From the NCBI GenBank assembly GCA_017499595.2, contig CM039008.1, forward strand, positions 248,001 to 312,000: a DNA stretch of 64,000 nucleotides, in the 5' to 3' direction. The notes below the pieces were generated by a model, which saw nothing but the letters and a program-made list of their open reading frames with translations, did no database searches and had not been told where the DNA came from. The translations under genes were made by a program, and so were the position numbers. Shown piece by piece: positions 25,388-37,325 of the stretch. This stretch comes from Psilocybe cubensis. Taxonomy: Eukaryota. How positions within the stretch are numbered: position 1 is the stretch's first letter; every line of letters starts with the position of its first letter.

Positions 25388-27204
25388 TTGTCGATGTACC
25401 GGGTGTGTTGAGCTCAAGCCGCTTGGCTGCTGCGGGGACGACAGATAATCAATAATGACGGTATGATTGTTCGCTCTGCTGGATGTCGACCCCCGTTTTA
25501 TAGTTTGGGAGGACAATTACAGGTGCGCTTTGGGTATAGTCTAGCGGGCTAGCGGGTTTTGTCTTCGTTCATCATTCGGGAGTCAAAGGTGACAGGTGCA
25601 GCTATACGATTTTGGATTTCCCTGGGGCACAGCTATGCTTGCTCTTCGATAGCTCACCTCGCATCCCTCTCGACACGAACGGGATTCAGACATCCACTCA
25701 GAGATCCACAGATATAAGAGGATTCTGTATGACTGCTAATATTCACATGTCACATCAGGAACGCAAAGTTGTGTATTTATTTCGATTGCATAGTCGATGA
25801 GAAAATGCTCAAGCAGTAATTTCATCAAACTTCACTGTCCTTGTCTTGCTTTAAATCGAGAGATTCAGTGCCATTCTCACTCTACAGTCACCCAGTCAGC
25901 AAATCTTTGTCCCTCCAGACAGAGACAGACAAACAGAAGAAATCATACCGATATGACCTTTGACTTCTCCACAACCTCCGCCAATGTCTTCTTCCCAACA
26001 TCCTTCCAGATTCTCCACGCAGTGAACGTGTGGCCCTGCTGGAAGATCTCTTCGACTTCCTCCAACGACCGCCCGACGGTCTCGGGGAACATGAAGAAGA
26101 TGTGGATGAAGGCGGAAAAGTTGAATGTGCCGAAGATGAAGTAGGCCTTCCATGCGATGGTGTTAAGGCCAGGCGGGACAGCAAAGGCCAAAGCTGTGTT
26201 GACTGCCCAGTTAGAGGCCTATCATTGGCTATTCAGTTGACGATTTTGAGATTCAGAGGTTAGTACTCACCGTGGCTAATGACACTGCCTTACCTCGCAC
26301 CTTCAACGAGTACTGAGATCATTTTACACAGTAAGCGTCTCAGAGAAGTCAGATGATACTCGGTGAATTTACCAGTTCCGCTGGGTACGTCCACGATACG
26401 GGTCCAATAGCCAACGCATAGCTAAGCTTCTCGGTTAGAAGAGTGTAATCCGAGTCGGCTAATATAAATAGACATGGCACCTGCAGACGAAGAGGTATGA
26501 GCAGACGATAACAGCCTTTGTCGCTGCCTCGTTCCCCTGAATTATCCAGACTGTTTTTCCTGTCGAGTCGGGAGTAGACCAGTGTCCGAACCGTCCTTGA
26601 ATCCCACCAACAAGGAACATCCAGAAACCCATCAATAAAGACCCCCATAGGAGCATGGGACGACGACCCCATTTATCGATGTAGAGGATAGCAGGTGCTA
26701 GAGATGAAAGTCGCGATAAGCCAAAATTATCTGATATGAGAAAAATCAGACAACTCGTACTTGTGAGAGCGACGTTCAGTACGTATTGAATGGACTGTTG
26801 ACATATGGTATTGGGAATTGAAGGCTAGGTGTGAGAATAGGGCGCCGACGTACCATCAGGGATTCGGGGAAAATCAGATACCACATGTAATCTGGCGTCG
26901 ACACTTATTTGTCCTTGTATGATAATATATTGATGCTATATACATTATACCATCTTATAATGTCGCATATGTGGAATCCAAATGATACCACAATTGCACT
27001 GATGATATCAGAAATATATAACCTTATATACCGCTTATACCTATGCTGCCAGCCCGATATTATAATATGATACGGAATAATGTATATACCAGTATTACAT
27101 TCTCATATACCACATGTAGCTACTTAGGATTATTTAGTAATGCCTCGGGTGGTCGCTCGAGCCTTGTAGTAGAGTACATGTTCATATTGAAAGCTACAGA
27201 CACT

Positions 27205-30200
27205 TTACAAATCATCAAAACCAAGATCGTCGTTATCACCAGTGTCATTGTCAAAGTCCTCGTTTGCCGAAAGACTATCAATATCTTCATTATCGGACTC
27301 CGAGTCATCAGACATGTCATCGGGACACCTAGGTCCATCATCTTCTGCTGCCTCAAGTTCTTCTGCAATGTCGGAAGGCTCTTCCAATTGAATTCTTCCT
27401 GCGGCTTCTTGGTGACCGATTCCAATGCCGAGATATCGAGATAGCATATCACAATCAACAAAGCTGTAAAATTGTGGTCAACACAGTGCTACACCAAACA
27501 ATTAGAAACGTACATGTTGACATAATAGTTCATCCAGTCATCAGTTTCCTGGGGAGGTCTGGCCTGAGTTGGGCCTGTTGTGTGCAATAATTCATTGGTC
27601 CGCCCATCAACAAAGGATGGAAGTAGATGACATCCACGAACAACCAAAGAAGGGTCCAAAAATCCAAACGCAAATTCATCGTCTTCTACGACAAATCCGA
27701 TTTTGGGAAGACATGCTAGTTTTCGACCAGATTTGTACCCAGGTTCTACCCCCAACCAACGTACCCACAGAAATTCCACTCGCTTTGGGCTGCAATCGCG
27801 TGATTTTGGCCCCGTGTGCTGAACATCTGCATGAAAAACACCTATCACAGACGCATACCAGAAGGGATGGGCACCTGGTTCAGTTTCTGGAGATAGCACC
27901 ATAACAAACGGATGGCTTCGTGTGCTGATGGTGTCATATGCCCGTCGCATGTCATACGTAGTATAATACGTACGCATAGTATTAACTCGAAACATTGTAT
28001 TGTTGATAAATCGAAGATTATTACGATCTTCATCATCAAAAAGAGAATCTGTGTCGTCGCCGTCAAATGTTCTTCCAGTCAATCGGCCTAGTAGGTGATT
28101 CTTGAGGAGATGCAAAAAGTTCTATAAACAGCTATATGAGCTATTAAAGTGACTTGAACACAAACAATGACTTACCTTCTTTGCAGGATCAGTATCATTT
28201 TGCATAAAAGCAAAAATAGGGACTGGCGTATTTCGTGATTTTGAGATATAGTGCGTATCTTGAAGATGCCCAGATACTGCTGCTTCTGCCCTTTCAGCCA
28301 TACAATCCTGTTGATAGGGCATTGTACTCTGCAAGGCCATCATGCGACTGTACTTTTGAGCAATCTGCTTGTTGGCATCCTTTTTGTTTGTCAATTTGTA
28401 CAATGATTTTAGTAAACGATGGGCAACTTCGCTCTGCATGATTATATTAGACGGATTGGGTACAATGCTATTCAAAACATACCAGTTGAGTTGAATAAGA
28501 ATCAGTGGTTCCAAAATTTCGAATATGTCGGACATAATCCCCCAAAAAATGAAACTTTGGTGTGTTCAGATTGAATTTCATCGAACGTCGGCTCAAAGGT
28601 GCTTTGGCCGGTGCACCATTTTCCACAGTAGATGTCTGTTTCTGTGCTTGACGACGTTGGCGTGCGGCAGTTTCTCGAGGAAGCTCAAAAGTTTCAAAAT
28701 TAGTACAAGTTACATCTCAAAACTCGCGCATTAATTTGCCAAATTCAAACGTGAGCTCGTCAAGCAATTTTAAACTCCCTTCGGTATGTATTCGCATCTT
28801 GGCCAAACCGTGCCATTCGGCCGTAGGGTACAAGAGCTTTGCGATTTGTCGATCATGTGGATCTGGAAACAGTCCTTCAAATATAGGAATAGCACACTAT
28901 AGTAGGTATTAGCATGGAATATAGATGTGTAAAATTTAAGATTCTTACTTGCAAAAGGTCTTCAAAATCGCGTGCCGCCAATTTTTTCATTTCCGATGAA
29001 TTTTTAGCAAAGTTACGTATAGTACCATTGCCAAAGGTCAAGACCTGGCGGTACCTGTCATATTTTGTATATTAATTATTAGTATTCAGGCATAGTCTGC
29101 ACACGTACCGTCTGTCTAGCTCTGTTACAAGTTCATCGGAACCCCCTCTAGCAGCATATAGTAATCTAATCAGATGAGTAAATAAGCTTTTCCAGACCCC
29201 GATTTCAAACTCATGCAGCAAATCAACGGTTAGCATATCAGATGGGTTAAAATCAAGGCCCAAACGCGCAACAAAAGCATTCTGTGACAAGCATCATTTT
29301 TTAGTTTTTAATTATTAAGAAAATATACGTACTTCTGTTGGAACACCAGAAAACGGCTTGAGGAGGCGATCAACAACTTCCGATTTTATTGAATGCCCAA
29401 GACGATAAATGGCATCGCGGGCGAGTGCAACTTGCTCGACAATGTATCTACGAACTGTTCTATTGTCAGTTCGGAGATTCTTGTCGCGTTTCAATCCAAG
29501 CTGGTCTAGCTTGGACTTTGGCACAAGACAAGTTGGACAAGGGCATAGGCCCTTATCTCTAATTGTGACCAATAGAACCCTACAACCAAGGTCCAATCAG
29601 TAAAGAACATACGGCAGCAAATAAAACCACACTTTTCTGGATAATCAGCCGAGTATGTGAATATGCGTGGATAAAATCGTCTTTCAATGCCGTCATGGCA
29701 TTTAATAACTATTCCATAACGGTATGCATGCATAAAGTCATCGTCCAATATAATCTTCCAGACACCGTGGATTAATTCGCGTCGACAATGTGTGAGCAGT
29801 TGTTGGCTTTGTGATTTCCATTTGGGGTGATTTTCCGACGCAAAATCTTTAAACGAGTCTGGAAGCTGTCGGAAAAGTAAATATAAAATCATAAGTAGAG
29901 TTATGAAGCATACGCACCGAAGGAATATATGCTAGATGATGCAATGCACCAGAGCCGGGCTGAGCACAAATATATTTAGACAAATTTCCTGCCATCACAT
30001 ATATGGGCCATCCTTTGGCATTCCCGAAATTGGTGTAGTGAGTTGCATCAGAGGCAATTTGAAGAGCAGCCACAACCTTTTCACGTTTACAATTGGGGTC
30101 GTCAGGAGGTAATGCACCACGACGCTGAATTGCTTCATTTTTGGCAAGAAAGGCATCAGAATTATAGAGTTCGGAAAAGATGCGTTCAGATTTGTTGGTA

Positions 30201-31226
30201 TGAGGGGATTGATGCCAAAGCTCAAATGGAGCATAATGCATATGCTTGGCTAGAGGACCCGTAAACATTTCAGTGATAAGAGAGGTGAAGGAGCGATGGA
30301 GAAGGCCTGGAACAAGATAAGGAAGAGGTGGACAGTGTGGGATTCCAGACGGCACCCAAATTTGTACACAGGTTTCTCGGAAATGAGCTCCAAGCCCCAA
30401 TGTAGCAATTGCCTTGTCCATTCGAGCATGCTCACGTCTAGCATCAAAACCAATCAGGTCCTGGGCATCAAAATTGGGTGCAAGTAAAACCGTATCAACA
30501 AGCTCGTTGATCTGACCAATAGACTTTGATGTTTGGCCATTATTAGCCCATTGCAGAAGGAGACGTACGGTAGGCTGAAGGTTGGATATATATGATGTGA
30601 TCCCATCCAGAATCGAGGATGATAGCTGCTTGAAGGTAGCTGGTTTGGATGCCAGGTCGTCTAGAGAAAGAAAAGAGTCGGAATCGTGATGTGGGCGTCG
30701 AGGGTAGTAGCGCCAAACACCAAACACATTGATTACAGATGTGAATCGGTCAAGAACATATAGAGTAATCCAACGTATAGCAGACAGTGGTAATGGTGGT
30801 AAAGATGAAACAGGTTCGGGCAGAGTTTGATTGTTCCTACGCGGATTTCTGTGTCGGCATGATGGGCAGCCAGACCAGGAGGGCATAGAGATCTCGCTAT
30901 ATGATACCGGGCTTGGATCGTGTGTGGAGGGGGTTGGTGAAGCGGGACAGATATCATCCATGGCACTGCTTTCCTGTGCATAAAATGGGTTGGTGCACTG
31001 TATTCACAACAAAAGTCAGGCAAGTGCAAGTATGATAGAAAAGGCTCACAATATCTCTATGTCTTTCACTGATGTGCCCGTTTGCCCAATTTCTCTTTAC
31101 TTGGCGAGAAAGTGACAGGGCCCTCTCGTTCATCTCGAGTACATGCACACACTTTGCTGCATGCTTAGATATGCTAGTTTCCCGACTATACACTGCTTTG
31201 CAAAGTGTAGCTGGGCATTTGTACAT
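27205..31226 (-). pseudogene. Plavaka transposase, multi-exon, with one premature stop
   Basis: ELYNSDAFL, SDATHYTNFGNAKGWPIY..GNLSKY, HHLAYIPSLPD, YPRIFTYSADYPEK, CPCPTC, VDLLHEFEIGVWK, AARDFEDLLQC, KFHFLGDY, FLWVRW, FGFLDPSLVVRGCHL; N-terminal CxxxxC...HxxxC. In-frame TGA at 28717-28719. Confidence 0.88.
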
Positions 31227-31624
31227 CGGTGTTCTGTTCTGGCTGCTCGCCTGAGGAGGTTTAATGCTTGAAATACGAGCAAGAAGGTAGGAACGATTTG
31301 GAAAAATGTGATAACGCGCAGTTGAGACGCGGGTCGCGCGTCACCGTCATGTGACCAAAGATGGCTGGCTGCTGCCCACCTTTTCTTTTCTGTCGCCGCT
31401 CCTTTCAACACTTTCTCTTCATTCTCTCCAGTACGACCCGCTTCCAACGGCCGAACGAAGAAACATATCACGGATTTGATGAACGTTATTCGGCATATCG
31501 TGCAGACGGTTGTAAAACATGGAGGCCAGAAAGAGAGAGATGAGGTCGCATCAGAATTGAAGGGGTTCTGGAAGAGGCAGACAACGAAAGACGAAGAAGG
31601 AACACGGGTGAACGGATGGGCAAG

Positions 31625-33170
31625 TACCCAATCCCGCCGCATCTGAACCGCGACGATCCCTCGCGGTCGTTGATGATGTTTGCCCATGCAAAGCCGCTGG
31701 GCGCGTACATGGGCTTTGCTGGCTTAAGATCCATGCGGCAAATCTGTTCGGGTACGATAAGGCCCGGTTCGACGAGCGTGTTCAGGTGCACCAGGACGGG
31801 ACCGTACAGACCTGCCCAAAGAAATCAGCTGGCAAGCCGCATCCTACCTCGCCAAACAGCTTCTCTCCACCATCGGAGACACATTCAAAGGCGCGAAGGG
31901 GATCCAGGACTGGCCTACCCTGTGTATGCGGCTAATCTCGAAATCTGTGCCGGCGAGTCGGTTGGGTGTGGTGGTGGATGTGGTGGATGGGAAGAACGAG
32001 TCGGTTGGGTGTGGTGGTGGATGAGGTGGATAGGAAGAAGTATGCAACGCTTGGGAGGAAGGAGGTGAAGCGTGAGCAGATGACGAGTGTGATTTGGACG
32101 ACGTTGTTGGGGCTGCCGATTGTTCAGCCGTATAGGAAGATTTCGACTACGGCTTTCCCTCCCAACTTTATTCACAGTCTGGATGCAACACACATGTTGC
32201 TGACTGCTATCAAATGTAATGTACGTTCTCTGTATTCAGGTCTAATTTTTACTGTTTTACTGACATGCATGGTATAGGACCGCGGGCTCACGTTTGCGTC
32301 AATCCACGACTCGTACTGGACACACGCGTGTGATATTGATACCATGTCCGAAGCAATTCGAGAGACATTTATCAGTCTTCACCAGTCTGATATTCTGAAC
32401 AAGCTGCAACAGGCCACGCCGCCTCAGGCACAGTGGAGTGACTCCCCTCGCCACCGCCTTAAGATCCCCGCGGCGAATCTGTTCGGGTACGATAAGGCCG
32501 GTTCGACGAGCGTGTTCAGTGGGCTGAGGAGCACTTTGAGCAAATGCGGGAGGCGGCGAAGAACCCGCTCGATGTACGTATTTTTTTTTCTTCTCAACCC
32601 GCATTATTTTCTCATTTTTTGTTGATGATTAGGGTATGAGATGGTGGCAAAAGGCAGACGACCCATGGCAATTCCTCGCTGCGTGCATTGAGCTCACCAA
32701 GTAAGGCTCCAACCGTTTAGTTTCCATTTAAATTTTATTACAAACTAAACAGAAACGGTAATAAACAGTTTACAAACGTTTATAAACGTTTGTAAACAGT
32801 AAGCTCGAGGGTGGCTACAAGGGCAGGCATTCAACAACGCATCATTTGTCCTAATGCGGCCGATTTGCCAAGGAAGATAATAGTCGGCACCTAATTGGTA
32901 CAAAAATGGGACCAAAACAAGAGTGCAAAATGAGTTAGTTTGGTGTAAAGAATAAAAGATGAATCATTTGATGTAATACGCACCCAATATTATCCAAAAA
33001 AGAGATATACTTAAGCACAAAAATCTGTTACCGTTTGAACCGTTTATAAACGTTTGTAAACTGTTTAGCAAGGCTTGTAAACTAAACGAAACGGTAAATG
33101 GTATATACCGTTTACAAACGATAAACAAACGAAATGGTTGGAGCCTTATCACCAAGGCACACGATGCACC
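31625..33170 (+). pseudogene. RPO41: Captured fragments of the mitochondrial T7-type RNA polymerase gene (RPO41-like)
   Basis: [115 protein letters not shown]; frameshifts, deletions and retained introns. Confidence 0.88.
32702..33148. mobile_element. hAT-like MITE (447 bp)
   Basis: TIR TAAGGCTCCAACC(G/A)TTT at both ends; 8-bp TSD TCACCAAG at 32694-32701 and 33149-33156; internal AAACGTTT-rich subterminal repeats. Confidence 0.88.
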
Positions 33171-33699
33171 AGGGGACGTGTAATGGACGGCTTTATGTCG
33201 CAGTAAACGCAGGACCAAGACCCCTTTTACGTGCCAAGTGACGAGCGCACTCATCCGTATGCTATTGACTCGACTCGACAGTATACACCTCGGGTGCCAT
33301 CGCACACTTACATAGCTGGGCCGTCGACAATGTCTCTTGTGCCATCACGGATGTGTCTGAGTTGAGTAGTGCTTTGTCCTCGTCGTCCGTGACGAGTAGG
33401 GGCGGTCAATTGTGTGAGTCGCTTCATGTTTGCTTTTGTTACTGCTAGTGCGAAGCTGAATGACCAACTCCGACACCAGGTCCACCAGGTCCTCGTCCTT
33501 GCTGGATGCGCAGAAGTCTTGTAAGCGCAGCGCCGCCTCTGCTCACTAGGTGGTAGTACACAAACTGTTGTATTTGGTTGCGCTGGACGGTGGTGAGTAA
33601 TTTGCTTCTCAAATTTCCAAATTCAACATTGTCTCATTCCAAAGCGTGGTCAGGCTACATTCCCTACAAAGTCCACCACCAAAACCAAAAGAGACAAAG

Positions 33700-34379
33700 T
33701 TTCGAGGGACTCGCATTTCTACAAGGTGGGGAAGTGCCTGTGTCACAGCGGATAGGCGATTCGGACGTTGTAAGTGCTTCTTTATTATGTCTTTTCAACA
33801 CTTGTTTGTTTACTTGGTACGTATCCAGCTACACAGTGCAATCAATTATTGTTCTGTTGGCCTTGTGCCACCTTTGCTGCTGGCTCATCCACCACCTCAC
33901 AACTGCCACTGCCCTTGTTATTGATCTCGTTAAGTTGAGTGTTTGGTTTGTCGTGTCCGATGTCTGAATTAATTTGCGTACAGATCATTGTTGAGGCCTC
34001 AACTGCCCTGGCCGCCATTTTTCGCTGCGCCCGCTGTGTGATAAAATTTTGCCATTCGGCCTCCCGCTCAGCAGCAGCAGCGCGTTCTTTTGCCCTTTCC
34101 TCTGCAGTCTGCAGAGTATGCTTTAGCGGCAATAACAAAATTCTGCAGATCAAAGGCACGTACCTTTTTTATCTTGACTACTTTTGGTTCATACTGACAC
34201 CAGCATTCATCTGATTCCGATTCACATTCAGAATGGCTGCATTCAACCTCAGATTCTTCGGAGGAGCTGTCCGTGTCGACCCGAGCTGGTTGTGGTGCTG
34301 GCTTTTCCGGAGTATCAGCAATAAATGCTAATGGTATTCCGACTATTGTAGGTGGTGCTTCGTTGGTATTTTCTAGCAT
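33700..34379 (-). pseudogene. Degenerate hypothetical gene inside the transposon (acidic and coiled-coil segments)
   Basis: MLENTNEAPP...DSSSEESEVECSHSECESESDEC, then AEERAKERAAAAEREAEWQNFITQRAQRK in another frame; splice-like signals are present but downstream frames are interrupted. Confidence 0.3.
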
Positions 34380-34803
34380 AGTAGCTGAAGAGTTTATAGC
34401 TGTAGCTGTTGTAGAACTACAGAAGCAGTAGGTTTGAGTTAAAAGAACATTTCAGCCGCTGTTCTTTAAATTTCTGTTGAAAAAGGCATATAATTACATT
34501 ATAATGTGCATATCATGTGCTAGTGTGACAGTCACTGTTTGTTTCGTGTTTTCCAGGCCGTCATTCTCTTGTTCTCAACCACACACTTTCCAACTAGCAT
34601 TCTTCGCATTTGTCAATGCTGGCTCAGGAATATTCTAGCCAGGACATACACTGATCAGTGTTGGCAATGCAGGGCATGCACGTTCCTCAAAATGTAGCCA
34701 TTTGTACCCCTTTTCATCCGCTCGTTTTTTGATTTTGCCTCATTTTTCTGCCGTGCATGCTTTTCCCCCTCTAATAAGGCCAAGGTATGCATAACCTTTC
34801 TAT

Positions 34804-36745
34804 ATGTCTTCTTACTCGTACCAACCTGGTGGCGCATTTCATCCAGGTGCACAAGGATCTTCGTCCCATGGCCGTGTCACTGGCACACAAGAACAACCTA
34901 ATGTGGTGACTCAGCATGGCCATAATGCACCTACCTATCCAGTGGGATTTAATGGTGGGCCTCCGTATACACAGAATGAGCGCAATCATGCACTGGGTGG
35001 AGGTATGTTTGAAGTCACACTTCTCATATATCTTGATTTACTACTTAGATTTAGGTATGGCAACTTTGGATAACTCATTCTATCCAAGTCATTCCCAGCC
35101 TCAGATGCCAGCATCCACAACCGCTTCAACACCTGGCTATCAGGCACGATATGGCCATCACCTTGAACCCAATGCGTCATCTTCATCAATGTCATCCGAC
35201 ACCACTTCTCAGAATGAAATCTCAGCCCCTGACACTTCAACACTTCAGACACAGCTGGCCTTTTATAAGCGTCGGATTGAAGAGTATGAAATGGGCGATG
35301 AAGAGTGGTCCCGGAAGTCTAAAAAGGCAAAGACAAGGTGAATTTGTTGATAACCAAACTTTCTGTTGCAGTCATAGCATTCATCATTATAACTTTTAGG
35401 GAGAAGCCCCCCGAGCGATGCTTTTGAAAGGCTGTCAGCCTTTATGTGAGCGCACAAGAACTGTATCGAGACTGGAACAATGATTATTTAGAAAGGAATG
35501 GTATGGCTTTGGCAAAGTTTAGGGATGTTGACACCAAACGAAAGTATGTTTCTTTTTTGTTTATATTATTAATACTTATATTCTCTTTTGATTCTAGCTT
35601 CGATCGTAATGTTTCTAGCTTCAATAAGCTCTTAGAATACATTCCAAGGCTTCAAATGATGATAGACGGAGATGCTAGCAGCCAAGAGATAAGGGAATAT
35701 CTACACAAGGTATGTGATTATTTGATGAAATGTGAATGACTAAATGTCATTTTTCTACAGATTGATCAGGGTGGAAATGCAGCCCGCTCAGACGATTGCA
35801 ACCACATCAAGGAATTCCTTAGAGACTTCCTCAATGCCGAGCACCGCCCTGAGGTTTTGTTTACAAAAGAACGGACTGGACGTGGTGTGCAGAATGACAT
35901 AACCGGTAAATATCTTTGTCCGATTCATTACAACTGGGATGACCCCAGGTAAGTTGCTTATTTTTTTCTTGTACTCTATCTAAGATTATTGATTAGTGTT
36001 CGCACACGTATCCGTGCGGGTGATATTATGGATCCAAAATTCCCAATTTTTGTCAATTATTATCTTCGGTTTTTGTATCCTGATGGATATGAGCTGCCGC
36101 CTAATGGTAGAGTCAAGCATTTGTTTTTACGAAGTCTGATCTTGGTCAAGGTATGTACTCTACTTTTGTTTCTTTCTAATTCTTATATTAGTCTGTCTAG
36201 GTATGGTGCTATATTTTTACCTCACCAGGATCAGCCAAAGCCATTATCAAAAATCCTAATGGCGGACCTCCTATTCGAAATCGAGCCTACGCTCCATCAA
36301 CCAAATCGACTAAAACAAATGTTGCCCGCTTGATAGAAATGACCAGTGTTACAGCCCATAGCATTGCCTATACTGTTATCATGGTATGTTTACTTCTTTT
36401 GTCTTTCGCATTCACAGCATCTTAAGTTTCAATATAGACGGGCTTCAACCTTACGGATGCTTTGTTTTGGACCTCGAAATACAATAACTTCAACTTCCAT
36501 GCACTCTATGATTTCATCGTGGACTATTTCCGGGAATCAACACCAGAATCCGAGGATCTTCTGCGATGGTGGAATAGGTACGAGGTTCTATGATAATTTT
36601 CTATTTTAGCTTAATATATTCTATTAGCATGGTTTTTCCTAATGGTGTCGGCGCTGCTATTGACAGAACGGAAGCATCTACAAATGCTTCTTATTCACTT
36701 CTAGAAGCTTCTCGTGCTACCGCTTCAACTACTTTTTCAACTTAA
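34804..36745 (+). CDS. Multi-exon DUF6698-like protein carried by the transposon
   Basis: GNAARSDD, RGVQNDITGKYLCPIHYNWDDP, FLRSLILVKVWCYIFTSPGSA, NVARLIEMTSVTAHSIAY, LYDFIVDYF and LLRWWNSMVF match my recollection of this Agaricomycete TE-associated family. Confidence 0.7.
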
Positions 36746-36784
36746 TTCTTCTTATCTTGTAATCGACCAGTAGTTGCTCGCTCG

Positions 36785-37325
36785 CACGGCGGGCAAAAGT
36801 GCTGACTAGTCAGCCTGGGAGTTGGTCTGACCAGTCACGTGACCATATCGTGACGCGTTCCGTGACGAATCAACTGACCAGTCAGGAGAGGTCACACAAA
36901 TGTTGTCACGCTGGTTAGTATTGGTAAATGAGTTCAGTAACATAAGATTAAATGGGAATAAACCATTGTCTTCCGAAGCACTTTTACTGAGGAAAAGCAA
37001 TGAATGAATTGGATATTTCTTGTGTTTGGTTGAAATTTGGTCATTATTCAAACAAATGGACAATTAATAGATGTTGTACCAAAATTGTGTCGATGCATGC
37101 TAGATATCCTCACCAAGATTCATGAAAGAATCAAATAATGTAAGTCTGGGGCATAGAAAAGAGATCCTCTGTTCTACAATCAATGAGCGGAATTACAGAA
37201 ACTTAGCAGTGTGACAATAAATGTGTGACAGCTACATGACTAGTCAGGTGACTAGTCAGCACGCTGGTCAGGTGACTGATCAGACCAACTCCCAGGCTGA
37301 CTAGTCAGCACTTTTGCCCGCCGTG
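36785..37325. mobile_element. CACTA-like MITE (541 bp)
   Basis: TIR CACGGCGGGCAAAAGTGCTGACTAGTCAGCCTGGGAGTTGGTCTGA (46 bp perfect, about 61 bp with 2 mismatches); 3-bp TSD TCG. Confidence 0.9.

Noticed and set aside
31625-33170. Functional phage, viral or plasmid RNA polymerase carried by the element
   Set aside because: Only short, permuted, frameshifted fragments with spliceosomal introns are present, which indicates nuclear RPO41 origin.
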